Shown here: one piece after another, positions 19,583 to 29,666 of the stretch
Numbering within the stretch: the first letter of the stretch is position 1
Layout: the number at the start of each line of letters is the position of its first letter
From: an uncultured archaeon
GTDB taxonomy: Archaea; Thermoproteota; Nitrososphaeria; Nitrososphaerales; Gagatemarchaeaceae
Direction of reading: 5' to 3'
DNA: 64,000 nt
Assembly: GCA_963817525.1 (NCBI GenBank)
Contig: CAWFOU010000007.1
Coordinates: forward strand, 704,001 to 768,000
Notes under the pieces: model-generated
Databases searched by the model: none
Seen by the model: only the letters and a program-made list of their open reading frames with translations
Told to the model about the DNA's origin: nothing
Position numbers and translations under genes: made by a program

Positions 19583-19789
19583 CTAGCCGCTCGTCCTCGG
19601 CCTGGACCTCCAGACCCCTCCGACCGTCAAGAGGAGGCCGACTAGGAGGACGGCGAGGCCGTCGTAGATCCAGGCGGTGCTCTGGAACATGAACGAGCTC
19701 TTCGGGCCGACTATCCCGAGCCCTTGCAGGGTGAACACCAGTCCGGCGAGCGCGAGCAGGATCCCTGGGACGAGAAGATAGAGCCTCAA
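19583..19789 (-). CDS. small two-TM membrane protein
   Basis: G.VF.LQG.G....SFM....W pattern; TTG start inferred. Confidence 0.65.
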   Translation of the reverse strand: MRLYLLVPGILLALAGLVFTLQGLGIVGPKSSFMFQSTAWIYDGLAVLLVGLLLTVGGVWRSRPRTSG

Positions 19790-19876
19790 GCTGTGACGCT
19801 CAAGCCCGTTCCGGCTAATAAACGGGCCCGCCAAACCTTCATTTGGGCTCCGGCGAGAAGCCCGGCGAGGCATCCA

Positions 19877-21070
19877 ATGGCTCCTCCAGCTCTGAGGTCG
19901 CGTCCGCCCGTCTCCCCGCGGGTCGCACTATTCCAGGACTCGGTGATCAGGGACATGACCAGGCTGGCGGACGTCTACGGGGCCATAAACCTCGCCCAGG
20001 GGTATCCGGACTTTCCCGCTCCCTCAGCACTGAAGGCGGCGGCCGCCCGCGCGGTGAAGGAGGACTACAACCAGTACGAGATAACATGGGGCTCGACCGA
20101 GCTGAGGGCGGCGATCTCCGAGAAGGCACGGCGCTTCAACGGCATCAAGGCCACGGGCGAGGACAACGTCACGGTGACCTGCGGAGCGACAGAGGCGATG
20201 GTCGCGTCCATGCTCGCGCTGACCGACTCGAGCGACGACGTCATCGTCCCCGAGCCGTTCTACGAGTGTTACCTCTCGTCCGCGATAATCTCGGGCGCAA
20301 GGGTGAGGCATGTCAGGCTCAACTGGCCGAGCTTCAAGCTCGACGAGGAGGAGCTGAAGCTCGCGTTCTCGGGCGGCGGCGGCCGGAAGCCCAAGGCCAT
20401 CGTGGTCAACACGCCGAACAACCCCACAGGTCGGGTCTTCTCGAGGAGCGAGTTGAGGCTCGTGGCCGACCTGTGCGCAGACCACGGCGTCCTAGCGATA
20501 ACCGACGAGATCTACGAGCAGATAGTCTACGACGGCGAGAGGCACGTCAGCCTCGCCACCCTGGGAGACATGGCGGGGTCGACGGTGACGATCTCGGGAG
20601 CCTCGAAGACCTACAGCGTGACGGGGTGGAGGATAGGGTACACCGTGGCCGAGAAGAGCCTCACGGAGGCGATCAGGAAGGTCCACGACTTTCTGACGGT
20701 CTGCGCCCCCGCCCCGCTCCAGAGGGCCGCTCTCGCAGCCTACAGCCTTGACGAGTCGTACTACACCGAACTCACGAAGAGCTACACGAAGAAGCGTGAC
20801 TATTTGATGAAGGCGCTGCAGGGGATGGGCTTCGAGTGTCTCAAGCCGCAGGGCGCGTACTTCATCCTGGCCGACTTTAGCTCTGTCTGGAAGGGCGACG
20901 ACAAGAGCTTCGCCGAGCACATGGTCAAGGACGGGGGGGTGGCCACCGTCCCGGCCTCGAGCTTCTTCTCGACCCCGGAGATGGGGAAGAAGCAGGTGAG
21001 GCTCGCCTTCCCCAAGCAGGACAAGACGCTCAGGGAAGCCGTCGCGAGGATGGAAAAAAGGATAGGTTGA
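19877..21070 (+). CDS. PLP-dependent aminotransferase class I/II
   Basis: AINLAQGYPDF, NTPNNPTG, TDEIYE, SKTYSVTGWRIG. Confidence 0.95.
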   Translation: MAPPALRSRPPVSPRVALFQDSVIRDMTRLADVYGAINLAQGYPDFPAPSALKAAAARAVKEDYNQYEITWGSTELRAAISEKARRFNGIKATGEDNVTVTCGATEAMVASMLALTDSSDDVIVPEPFYECYLSSAIISGARVRHVRLNWPSFKLDEEELKLAFSGGGGRKPKAIVVNTPNNPTGRVFSRSELRLVADLCADHGVLAITDEIYEQIVYDGERHVSLATLGDMAGSTVTISGASKTYSVTGWRIGYTVAEKSLTEAIRKVHDFLTVCAPAPLQRAALAAYSLDESYYTELTKSYTKKRDYLMKALQGMGFECLKPQGAYFILADFSSVWKGDDKSFAEHMVKDGGVATVPASSFFSTPEMGKKQVRLAFPKQDKTLREAVARMEKRIG

Positions 21071-21874
21071 ATGAAGCCGACCTCGAATCCCGACGGGCGC
21101 GTGCACACGCGCGCTCTCTATTCCCAGCTTGTGAAGTACTACGACAGGATATACTGGTGGAAAGACTATGACCAAGAGGTGGACTTCCTGGTCAAGGCCC
21201 TCAAGAAGTACGACGTCAGGGGGAAGCGCATCCTGGAGGTGGCCTGCGGGACGGGCAGCCACACGAAGATACTCGTGGAGAGGGGTTACGAAGTCACCGG
21301 CGTAGACCTAAGCGACGACATGTTGAGGATCGCGAGGGCGAAAGTCAGGAGGCGCTCGAAGTTCATTCGAGGAGACATGAGAGACCTCGACGCAGTCGTC
21401 GACGGAAAGTACGACGCGGCAATATGCCTCTTCAGCGCAATCTCCTACAACCTGACCCTCTCAGACCTGCGGCGGACAATCCAAGGCCTCTACGACCACA
21501 TCAGGGACGGGGGCGTCGCGGTCTTCGACACTCACTTCACAAGGAAGGGCTTCATGGACGGCCACCGAGGCGAGGATATTTTTGATGACGGGCGAGTGAT
21601 GGGGGCACGGCTGAGCATCTCGAAGCGCGAAGGGGACATAGGGGAGATCTCCTTCTCCTATCTGATCAAGGATGGCGCCAAGACCATCATCCTGAGAAAC
21701 GATGTCCACAGGCTAGGGCTCTTCGACCCGCAGGACTTTCTTCGGACGATGCAAGAGGTTGGCTTCGTAGAAACCGGGGCGTACGTCGACTGGACCTTCA
21801 AGAAGGCCAAGGAAGAGAACCAGTTCAGGGACGTCGTGTTTGTCGGGTGCAAACGGGGCATCGGGTCGAATTGA
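21071..21874 (+). CDS. class I SAM-dependent methyltransferase
   Basis: LEVACGTG, GVDLS..ML, GDMRDL. Confidence 0.9.
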   Translation: MKPTSNPDGRVHTRALYSQLVKYYDRIYWWKDYDQEVDFLVKALKKYDVRGKRILEVACGTGSHTKILVERGYEVTGVDLSDDMLRIARAKVRRRSKFIRGDMRDLDAVVDGKYDAAICLFSAISYNLTLSDLRRTIQGLYDHIRDGGVAVFDTHFTRKGFMDGHRGEDIFDDGRVMGARLSISKREGDIGEISFSYLIKDGAKTIILRNDVHRLGLFDPQDFLRTMQEVGFVETGAYVDWTFKKAKEENQFRDVVFVGCKRGIGSN

Positions 21875-21882
21875 GATTGTGA

Positions 21883-21896
21883 GCGGGCCCGGCAAG
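21883..21896. repeat. att-like direct repeat of the tRNA-Arg 3' end
   Basis: GCGGGCCCGGCAAG identical to 23582-23595. Confidence 0.75.
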
Positions 21897-22056
21897 TTTC
21901 GCGCCAAAAATGCAGCTAGAATCGGTTACGTACCGCGGGAGCCTCGCGTATTAACGTCGGTGGGTAAGTCGGAACACCGAGATCCAATTCCTTGACTCCG
22001 GTCTTTGAGGGCAAGAAAGCCAAGCTAAGACGGTAGACCCTTTTTCATCGCATGCT

Positions 22057-22554
22057 TCAAGTTGTCTTGGTCCTTCGGGAATAATCAGAGCCTGCATCCC
22101 TACGGGGGACGACAGCGCCGCGACAGTACTCGGCGAGAAGTGATAGGTTGTGCTCCCATCCCTCTTCGGCGTACTTGGCGAGTCCCGTAAAGAAGCCAGT
22201 ATGGACCACCGTGACCCTCGTCCTTCCGTCAGGAAGACCGTCGAGAGTCCACGTGACCACCGTGTTTGGGGCAGGGCCGGCGACCTGGCCGGGATTGACT
22301 TTCGGAAAGTGATAGGTGTAGGATACCTTCCGGTCTTGAACCAGTTCGAGGACCTCGCCTTCGAAGACCAGTTCGTTGGCGCGTCCCTCCCGACGGTACT
22401 TGAACTGAAGTTGACCTCCCACTCTGGCGTCCATCTTGGCTTCCTGCGGCAGCCACCTGACAAGCTCCTTTTCGTCGGTGAGCGCTCTGAAGACGACGTC
22501 GAGCGGGGCATCCACATCAATCGTCTTTCTGATCTCGAGGTTAGACAAGCTCAC
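22057..22554 (-). CDS. SRPBCC/AHSA1 domain protein
   Basis: I.VDAP...VFRALTD...L.RW, DARVGG, TRVTVVH.GF...GW. Confidence 0.9.
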   Translation of the reverse strand: MSLSNLEIRKTIDVDAPLDVVFRALTDEKELVRWLPQEAKMDARVGGQLQFKYRREGRANELVFEGEVLELVQDRKVSYTYHFPKVNPGQVAGPAPNTVVTWTLDGLPDGRTRVTVVHTGFFTGLAKYAEEGWEHNLSLLAEYCRGAVVPRRDAGSDYSRRTKTT

Positions 22555-22856
22555 TTCTTGGCCTTTGCTTCGACATGCTGCTTCAATCGAGCCAGGTTCT
22601 CGTCCCAGAAGCCATCGAAGAAGTGCATCATCTCGGACATCTTCTCCCTGTTGACCGAGTAGTATCTGTTCTGGCCGACTCTTCTCTCAGTGACAAGGTC
22701 TGCCTCCCTCAGGACTCTGAGGTGAGTCGAGAGGGCCGGAAGAGTGAAGTCGAAGCTCTTTGCCATCTCGGTAGGAGTCTTCTCGCCGTCCTTCAGCATC
22801 ATCAAGAGTTGCCTGCGGCTGTCGTCCGCCACCGCCTTCCAGGAACTTCCCATCAA
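22551..22856 (-). CDS. ArsR/SmtB (SdpR-like) regulator
   Basis: AVADDSRR.LL..L..GE, ALSTHL.VL.EADLV..RR.G..RYY. Confidence 0.92.
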   Translation of the reverse strand: MMGSSWKAVADDSRRQLLMMLKDGEKTPTEMAKSFDFTLPALSTHLRVLREADLVTERRVGQNRYYSVNREKMSEMMHFFDGFWDENLARLKQHVEAKAKK

Positions 22857-22865
22857 GAGATGTAA

Positions 22866-22886
22866 TATTTCAATATCTATTTAAGT
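22866..22886 (-). promoter_or_regulatory. putative ArsR operator/TATA region
   Basis: TATTTCAA-N4-TATTTAAGT, repeated at 23476-23496; imperfect palindrome. Confidence 0.6.
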
Positions 22887-23019
22887 GTGGAGCGACCTTG
22901 GGTAGTATTACCCCCGTCTCCAGCGCCTCCACTACCCTCTCGACCGCCTCCCTCATAGCGGCCTTTTCCTCGTCCGAGAATCCCCGGGATTTCTTAGCGG
23001 CCGGGGTCCTGGAACTCAA
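22870..23019 (-). pseudogene. truncated remnant resembling the N-terminus of DUF1801-type proteins
   Basis: KKSRGFSDEEKAAMRE followed by an early stop (49 aa); family recognised from memory. Confidence 0.45.
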
Positions 23020-23039
23020 TTTCGATTCCCCGAGAATGT

Positions 23040-23450
23040 CTAGGGGCCCATTCGGGGCTGAAGCAGGCTGAACCTGTTCCCATCGGGATCCCTTAAGGTA
23101 GCCTGGATTCCCCAAGGCTGCTCGGCGGGCTCAGACTGATCGAACCTGACCCCTTGGTCCTTTAGGCGCTTGAAGTCCCCACGACAGTCATCGGTAACTA
23201 GGTTCCATTGAGGGCCACTCCCGGGCTTTAGCTGAGCGGCAGCAGGATCAGGAGACGAGCCGACTTGAAAGAGACTAATCTCTATGTCCTGGCCCTTCGG
23301 TGCGACGGTGATCCAATGTGGAGCTCCCGGAGGCGTTCCTGGAGCCGAGAATTCCGCCCGCTTCTCAAAGCCAAGGACCCGCGTATAGAAGTCGAGAGCC
23401 TTTGCCTGGTCGTTCACAACTAGCACGACGTTTCCGAGTTTTTTAATCAT
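23040..23450 (-). CDS. VOC/glyoxalase family protein
   Basis: V.DQ.KALDFYT..LGF, WITVAP, QPWG...LRDPDGN. Confidence 0.92.
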   Translation of the reverse strand: MIKKLGNVVLVVNDQAKALDFYTRVLGFEKRAEFSAPGTPPGAPHWITVAPKGQDIEISLFQVGSSPDPAAAQLKPGSGPQWNLVTDDCRGDFKRLKDQGVRFDQSEPAEQPWGIQATLRDPDGNRFSLLQPRMGP

Positions 23451-23475
23451 CTTTGGTTGCTCACGCCCTTCATAT

Positions 23476-23496
23476 TATTTCAAGGCTTATTTAAGT
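23476..23496 (-). promoter_or_regulatory. second copy of the putative ArsR operator, upstream of the VOC gene
   Basis: 17/21 identity to 22866-22886. Confidence 0.6.
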
Positions 23497-23579
23497 ATTG
23501 AATGAGTCTCCGCGGCTGCCGGGGACGCATTCCCCTCAGCTTCAGATAGACCGTACATATAGTCTAATTCTAGATAATT

Positions 23580-23673
23580 TGGCGGGCCCGGCAAGATTTG
23601 AACTCGCGGCCACTGGCTCTCTTCCATCGTCAGATAGAAGGCCAGTGCTCTATCCATTCTGAGCTACGGGCCC
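23580..23673 (-). tRNA. tRNA-Arg(UCU) with 16-nt canonical 37/38 intron and encoded CCA
   Basis: GGGCCCG acceptor; CTGGC-CTTCTA[tctgacgatggaagag]A-GCCAG; GTTCAAATC T-loop; CTTC/GAAG BHB helix. Confidence 0.93.
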
Positions 23674-23864
23674 GCAAGCGTGCGCTTTGGCGATTCGACA
23701 TAAGTGTTTATGGGAAAGCGAAGCCCCTTTCGATGGCAGCTCTGAAAATCCCAAATTAATATGCTGTCCTAGGTAATATATTTGCGATTCTCATATGATT
23801 GTGATATAGAAGACCCAATTCTCGTTTCAAAGGCTTTTAATGAGTTCGCGGGGGAAACGGCAGC

Positions 23865-25226
23865 GTGCTCGCGCCCCAAGGACGACTCTTTGGAACTAAT
23901 GGCGTGCGGTTCATCCCTGGGGTGACCGGCGACATGGGCTTTGCGCTCAAGCTGGCAGAGAGCATAGGGACCTACTTCTCGGATGGCGAGATCCTGGTGG
24001 GAAGGGACGGCCGCCTCACGGGCCAGATGATGCTCTACTCTGTTACCGCCGGGCTCATGAGCTCCGGCAGGAACATCGCGGAGGCAGACGTGGTGCCCAC
24101 GCCCGCGCTGCAGTTCGCGACAAAGGCACTGGGCTACAGGGGCTCGACGATGATCACGGCCTCGCACAACCCCTCACAATACAACGGAGTGAAGGTGATG
24201 GGCCCGGACGGCGTGGAGGTCTCCAGGCTGGACGAGCAGAGGATTGAGAAGACCTTCCGCGACGGCACGGCCAACAGGGCGGACTGGAAGGAGGTCGGGA
24301 CCTCGAGGCCTGAGCCTTCAGTGATCAGGACTTACATCAACGGGATAATCTCGAAGGTCAACTCCAAGCTGATCGCGGAGAGGAGGCTCAAGGTGGTGGT
24401 CGACCCAGGGAACGGGGCGCAGTCGCTCGCAGTCCCCTATCTCCTCGAGGCGCTGGGCTGCAAGGTCATCAGCGTCAACGCGATAATCGACGGGAGCTTC
24501 CCCGGAAGAGGCCCGGAGCCCACCCCAGAGAACCTGAAGGATCTCACGGTGGCGGTGCGCGCCTCCAACGCCGACCTAGGAGTGGCGTACGACGGCGACG
24601 GTGACCGCTCCATATTCTGCGACGAGGGCGGGAACCTGTATTGGGGCGACCAGAGCGGGTCGCTCATCGCCGACTACATGCTGGAGAGGAACCCCAACTC
24701 CACGGTGGTCACACCCGTAAGCTCTTCGCAGGTGATAGAGATGGTCGCGAAGAGGCGCGGGGCCAAGGTCATCCGGACGAGGGTGGGGAGCGTCGACGTC
24801 TCCAGGACGATAATGGAGAGGAAGGCCCTGATGGGCTTCGAAGAGAACGGCGGTGGCTTCTTCCCGGCTCACATCCCCACGCGCGACGGGGGCATGACGA
24901 CGGCGGTCATGCTTGAGGTCATCGCCGCGAGGGCTGCGCCCCTCTCCAAGCTCATGGCGGCCGCTTTCCCGAGGTTCTTCCTCTCCAAGACCAAGGTCCC
25001 CATCGACCCCAGCCGGGTCCGGGAGATAATGAGGACCATCGAGCGCCAGGGCGGCGGCAAGGTCGAGAAGGTGGACGGGGTGAAGGTCTGGGTCGACGAG
25101 AAGACCTGGGCGCTCATACGGCCGAGCGGCACGGAGCCCATCGTGCGGGTATTCGTGGAGTCAGAGACCAAGGAGAAGGCGGACTCGACCGCGAAGAAGT
25201 TCGTGAAGGCAGTAAAGGCAGCCTAG
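23865..25226 (+). CDS. phosphoglucosamine mutase/PMM-PGM family
   Basis: LFGTNGVR, ITASHNP, DGDGDR, RPSGTEP. Confidence 0.93.
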   Translation: MLAPQGRLFGTNGVRFIPGVTGDMGFALKLAESIGTYFSDGEILVGRDGRLTGQMMLYSVTAGLMSSGRNIAEADVVPTPALQFATKALGYRGSTMITASHNPSQYNGVKVMGPDGVEVSRLDEQRIEKTFRDGTANRADWKEVGTSRPEPSVIRTYINGIISKVNSKLIAERRLKVVVDPGNGAQSLAVPYLLEALGCKVISVNAIIDGSFPGRGPEPTPENLKDLTVAVRASNADLGVAYDGDGDRSIFCDEGGNLYWGDQSGSLIADYMLERNPNSTVVTPVSSSQVIEMVAKRRGAKVIRTRVGSVDVSRTIMERKALMGFEENGGGFFPAHIPTRDGGMTTAVMLEVIAARAAPLSKLMAAAFPRFFLSKTKVPIDPSRVREIMRTIERQGGGKVEKVDGVKVWVDEKTWALIRPSGTEPIVRVFVESETKEKADSTAKKFVKAVKAA

Positions 25227-26194
25227 GGCTTGCCCCTGAAGTGGACCCAGCCGTCCTTCTTCACCGCCCTCCCGTCCGCGTAGGCCACTCCCTTCAGGGT
25301 CCCCGCGGAGACGGTGTCGCCGATGACCAGGAGCTCGCCTCCCGCCGAGCGGGCCTTGCGCTTCGCCTCTCGCAGGTGCCCCTTCTCTAAGGTGCCGACT
25401 ATCTCGTACTCCTCTCCCCCGTAGAGCGCCAGCTCGTCCGGCGAATACGAGTTGAGGGCCGCGAAATCCCGGAGGCCTTTGGAGTAGGGGATTTCCGTCA
25501 ACCTGATCCCGACTCCGCTCATCTCCGAGATCGTGTGCAGGGATATCGCAAGCCCGTCGCTCGAGTCCATCGAGGAGGAGAGGCAACCCGCGACGGCGAT
25601 CCCGACCTTCAGCCTGGGGCTGGGCCTGTACACGGATTCGAGGGCTTGCTTTCTGAAGCGCGCCCCTGCCTTGGCGCCCTCCATGAGGATCCTCAGGCCC
25701 GCCGTGGTCTGGCCGAAGCGGCCGCTCGTCACGACGTAGTGGCCCGGGCGGGCCCCACCCCTCCTTACTATCCTCTTCCCAAAGCCCACCATCGTGCAGT
25801 CTATGATCAGGTCCTCGGCCTCGCTCGTGTCCCCGCCGACCAGCCTCACTCCCCACTCTCGCGACGCTTCCAGCAGGCCAGAGGCCAGCTCGACCACCTT
25901 TGCCTTCGCCGTCCCCCTAGGGAGCCCCAGCGAGACCATGAACGCGGAAGGGGGGATGCCCTTGGCGGCGAAGTCGGAGACGCACATCGCCACGGCCTTC
26001 CTAGAGGCCATCTTCCACGACATCCCGGGCGGGACGTCGGTCCTCGCCACCAGCATGTCGCACTTCAGGACAACGCCCTCCCCCGCCCTCCCGGGTGGGA
26101 TCAGGGCCACGTCATCCCCTACCTGGACATAGCCCTCGGGGAGCCTCTCGAAACGCCTCGTAATCAGGTCGATGATGTCATACTCGTCGAGCAT
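25223..26194 (-). CDS. thiL: thiamine-monophosphate kinase
   Basis: GDDVA, SDFAAKG, VGGDT, MDSSDGL, GGEEYE. Confidence 0.93.
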   Translation of the reverse strand: MLDEYDIIDLITRRFERLPEGYVQVGDDVALIPPGRAGEGVVLKCDMLVARTDVPPGMSWKMASRKAVAMCVSDFAAKGIPPSAFMVSLGLPRGTAKAKVVELASGLLEASREWGVRLVGGDTSEAEDLIIDCTMVGFGKRIVRRGGARPGHYVVTSGRFGQTTAGLRILMEGAKAGARFRKQALESVYRPSPRLKVGIAVAGCLSSSMDSSDGLAISLHTISEMSGVGIRLTEIPYSKGLRDFAALNSYSPDELALYGGEEYEIVGTLEKGHLREAKRKARSAGGELLVIGDTVSAGTLKGVAYADGRAVKKDGWVHFRGKP

Positions 26195-26197
26195 CGG

Positions 26198-27502
26198 TCA
26201 GGCACCGACACGCTTGACCTTCAGGGCGTATGAGTGCGCCAGCTGCTCCGCCTCCTTCATGCTGGGAGCTTCGGCGGAGACGCGCACGCCGTCCTCCGTG
26301 TTCGAGACGCGCATCAGGACCCACGACGAGCCCGACGTCTTGATCTTGAGGCCGTCGAGTGAGTCTGCCCCCGGGTTGTCCTTCTGAAGCTTCCTGACCG
26401 CCTCCAGGCCCTTCTTGCGGGGCATCGCCATCTTCTCCCGGGCGATGTGGTACGACCTGACCTGGTCGTAGACCTTCGTCCCCTTCCGCTTCAGCGCCCC
26501 CACGATGGCGGTCGCGGCCACCAGCGAGTCCCTGCAGTTATTGAACTCCGCGTCGATGACCCCGCCGCTGCTCCCCTCGCCGCCGAGCCGGACGCCCCGC
26601 TGTGCCATTAGCCCCACGACGTTCCCCTCGCCGACCTTTGCCCTGAAGACCTGCCCGCCCACCTCCTTCACGACGTCGTCCACGGCCTGGGTCGTATCGA
26701 CCGAGACCACGACGTCCTTGCGCTCCATGTTCTGGAGGGCCTCCTTGATGGCAAGCGTGAGCATGTAGTCGCCCGTGCGCGCCCTCCCGTCACTATCCAC
26801 GAGCGCCAGCCTGTCCCCGTCGCAGTCGAACGCGAAGCCCACGTCGGCGCCCTCCTTCTTGACGGCCTCGCAGAGCAGCTCCAACGGGTCGTTGGTGGGG
26901 TCGATCGTCCGCCAGAAGATGCCGCGGACGTCGCCGATCGTGGAGACTCGGCACCCGAGCCTGCGGAGGACCTCCGGAGCGTGCCCTATGGCCGCCCCAC
27001 CGTTGAGGTCGAGCACCACCCTGACGCCCTGGGCGGAGCCCTCTCCCGCCAACTCCACAAGGTCATCGTTGTATGAGAACCCCTCGGAGCTCCTCAGCCT
27101 CCCGGGAGGTGGCGCGCCCTCCTTCTTGGCCCCCTTCTTCAGGAGCTCGTCGAACTCCCCCTGGTTGATGCCCCGGCCGTTGATCACGAACTTCAGGCCG
27201 TTCCACTCTGGCTCGTTGTGCGACGCGGTCACTATCACCGCCGGCCTCTCCCTCAGCCTGCTCTCCCGGAAGATTGCCGGCGTGGATATCACGCCGTAGT
27301 CGACCACGTCGGCGCCCGTCCCGAGCATCGCGCTCGTGACGACGCGCGAGGCTATTGGGCCCGTCGTGCGGGTGTCCCTGGCGAGGAGGACCTCGCCCGC
27401 CTTCACGAGGTGGACGAACTTCCTGGCGTACTCAGCCATGTCGTCGGGGAGCAGGTCGGAGTTGAAGACCCCCCGGATGCCGCTGGTAGATGTGACCGTC
27501 AA
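26198..27502 (-). CDS. phosphomannomutase/phosphoglucomutase family (second paralog)
   Basis: SGIRG, VTASHN, DCDGDR, RVSNTE; TTG start at 27502 inferred. Confidence 0.9.
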   Translation of the reverse strand: MTVTSTSGIRGVFNSDLLPDDMAEYARKFVHLVKAGEVLLARDTRTTGPIASRVVTSAMLGTGADVVDYGVISTPAIFRESRLRERPAVIVTASHNEPEWNGLKFVINGRGINQGEFDELLKKGAKKEGAPPPGRLRSSEGFSYNDDLVELAGEGSAQGVRVVLDLNGGAAIGHAPEVLRRLGCRVSTIGDVRGIFWRTIDPTNDPLELLCEAVKKEGADVGFAFDCDGDRLALVDSDGRARTGDYMLTLAIKEALQNMERKDVVVSVDTTQAVDDVVKEVGGQVFRAKVGEGNVVGLMAQRGVRLGGEGSSGGVIDAEFNNCRDSLVAATAIVGALKRKGTKVYDQVRSYHIAREKMAMPRKKGLEAVRKLQKDNPGADSLDGLKIKTSGSSWVLMRVSNTEDGVRVSAEAPSMKEAEQLAHSYALKVKRVGA

Positions 27503-27797
27503 GGAATCTCGAGAACCTCTCTCAGCGCGACGACTGGAACTCCTTGAGGTCGCCCACTCATCAAAGGTGACCTCGGCGTCTATGCTTAAAGCGCTTTTCA
27601 CGGTCGATGGGGAAACTCCAAACTGCCAAGCACCCGAGCGTTTCTCCAAGGTTGTTGAGGGCATACCGTATTACACGAATCTGCTTCAGGGTAAGGGTTT
27701 TCGGGAAGTAATGGGAACCGAGTCCATTGTGTAACTTCTGCGTCAACAGAAGTTGAGTTCCGCTCTTTTGACAGGTTTGCCCTTCCAATGGATAGTA

Positions 27798-28295
27798 TTG
27801 CCTCCTAAGATATTCAAGGCGAAAAGAAGCGTCAGCCTGGGGGAGTACAAGTTCACCGAGATATTCATTGGCGCCGAGAATTCGCCAACACTGCTTCGAC
27901 TCTTCGGTTCCCAGAGGAGCATGTCCAAGATAGTCAGACACCTCAAGGTCAGCATAGTCGACTCCGACTGGGGGATATGGCTCGACCACAACACGGGAGC
28001 GGTGTGCGTGGGCGCGAAGTACCTCTCCACCGCGAAGATAAACTGCCTCTACCTCGATGTGATACACGTCCTCGTCCACGTCAAGCAGTTCCTCGACGGG
28101 AAGGACCTCTTCGACCAGACCTTCGAGTACGTCGACCGCCCCACCGAGATAGAGGCCTATCGATACACCGTGGACGAGGCCAAGCGGCTCCAGATGAGCG
28201 AGGATGAGATCCTCCGCTACCTGAGGGTGGACGCCGTGGACGACTCAGAGCTAGGACGCCTCATCGAGAAGATAGGCGTAAGGCCCCGCCGCTAG
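27798..28295 (+). CDS. hypothetical protein with degenerate zincin-like motif
   Basis: LDVIHVLVHVKQ...PTEIEAY; start inferred. Confidence 0.65.
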   Translation: MPPKIFKAKRSVSLGEYKFTEIFIGAENSPTLLRLFGSQRSMSKIVRHLKVSIVDSDWGIWLDHNTGAVCVGAKYLSTAKINCLYLDVIHVLVHVKQFLDGKDLFDQTFEYVDRPTEIEAYRYTVDEAKRLQMSEDEILRYLRVDAVDDSELGRLIEKIGVRPRR

Positions 28296-28349
28296 ACCGC
28301 TGAACCTCTCGAAGCCTTAAGAAAGGCTCCGCGGAACAACGACCCTCCC

Positions 28350-29666
28350 ATGAGATACGTCGAGGGGGCGAGGAAGGTGTTCATGGACACCGGGACCCGC
28401 TTCCCCCGAAGGATCATCTGGGCGGTCGCCCTGATAAAGCGGGAGGCGGCAAAAGCGAACTCCTCCCTAGGGCTACTCGACCTGAAGGTTGCCTCGGCGA
28501 TAGCGGAGGCCGCGGACGAGGCGATGGAAGGCAAGCACGACTCCAGGGTCACGGTAGATGTCTTCCAGACCGGGTCCGGCACCGGGCTCAACATGAACCT
28601 CAACGAGCTGATTGCGGAGAGGGCGACCGAGCTGCTGGGGAAGCGCGTCCACGCCAACGACCATGTCAACATGGGTCAGTCGTCGAACGACGTGGGGCCT
28701 TCGGCCATCAGGATCGCCGCCGTAGCCTCGTGCCAGAAGGAGCTCATCCCGGCCATGGAGAAGGCGTCGAGGAGCCTGACGGCGCTCGCGAGGCGCACGT
28801 CGAAGGTCCACAAGGCGGGAAGGACCCACCTGAGGGACGCGCTCCCTGTCACCATGGGGCAAGAGTTCGCGGCCTACGCGGACGCCCTCGACCACGATCT
28901 TCGGCTCCTCCTCACCGTCATGGCCTACGCGAAGGAGCTGCCCATCGGCGGGACCGCGGTCGGGACCGGGGTCAACGCCGACCCCAGGCTCGGGGCGACG
29001 GTCGTTCGCGGGATCAACGCCTCTACTCGGCTGGGCTTCTCCGAGGCCAAGAGCAGGTTCAGGGCGATGAGGCTGCTCTCAGACCTCGTCGCCCTCAGCG
29101 CGATTCTCAACGTGACCGCCCTCGACCTCTACCGCCTTTGCCAAGACATCAGGCTCATGTTCTCGGGGCCTCTCACTGGCCTCGGCGAGATAGACATCCC
29201 CACCCAAGAAGAGGTCGCCGGGAGCAGCATAATGCCGGGCAAGACGAACCCAGTTACCGTTGAAGCGGCAATGCTCGTCGCCGCCCAGGTCATGGGCCTC
29301 GACCGCGCGAACCAGGTCGCCGGGATGCTGGGCGAGTTCGAGCTCAGCATGGGCGTCCCACTAGTGGGCTACAACGTGAGCGAGCAGGTCGCACTCCTCT
29401 CAGAGGCGCTAGGGAAGGTGTCCTCCGTGGTGCTCGGGCATATAGTGCCCAATGTGAAGAGGAACAGGGCCTACGCGGAGAGCAGCCCCGCCCTTATCAC
29501 GGCGATAACCCCTGAGATAGGCTACGACAAGGCCGCCAAGGTGGGCAAGAAGCTCGTGCGGGGCCTCTCGATAAGGGACGGGTTGAAGCAGCTCGGGTAC
29601 AGCGACAGCGAGGTCGAAAAAATCCTCGACCTCCAGAGACTCGTCAACCCAGGGACCAGAAAGTAG
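28350..29666 (+). CDS. fumC: class II fumarate hydratase
   Basis: [35 protein letters not shown]. Confidence 0.9.
   Translation: MRYVEGARKVFMDTGTRFPRRIIWAVALIKREAAKANSSLGLLDLKVASAIAEAADEAMEGKHDSRVTVDVFQTGSGTGLNMNLNELIAERATELLGKRVHANDHVNMGQSSNDVGPSAIRIAAVASCQKELIPAMEKASRSLTALARRTSKVHKAGRTHLRDALPVTMGQEFAAYADALDHDLRLLLTVMAYAKELPIGGTAVGTGVNADPRLGATVVRGINASTRLGFSEAKSRFRAMRLLSDLVALSAILNVTALDLYRLCQDIRLMFSGPLTGLGEIDIPTQEEVAGSSIMPGKTNPVTVEAAMLVAAQVMGLDRANQVAGMLGEFELSMGVPLVGYNVSEQVALLSEALGKVSSVVLGHIVPNVKRNRAYAESSPALITAITPEIGYDKAAKVGKKLVRGLSIRDGLKQLGYSDSEVEKILDLQRLVNPGTRK

Noticed and set aside
27503-27664. N-terminal extension of the second phosphomutase
   Set aside because: Family similarity begins at TVTSTSGIRG; the extension is probably intergenic
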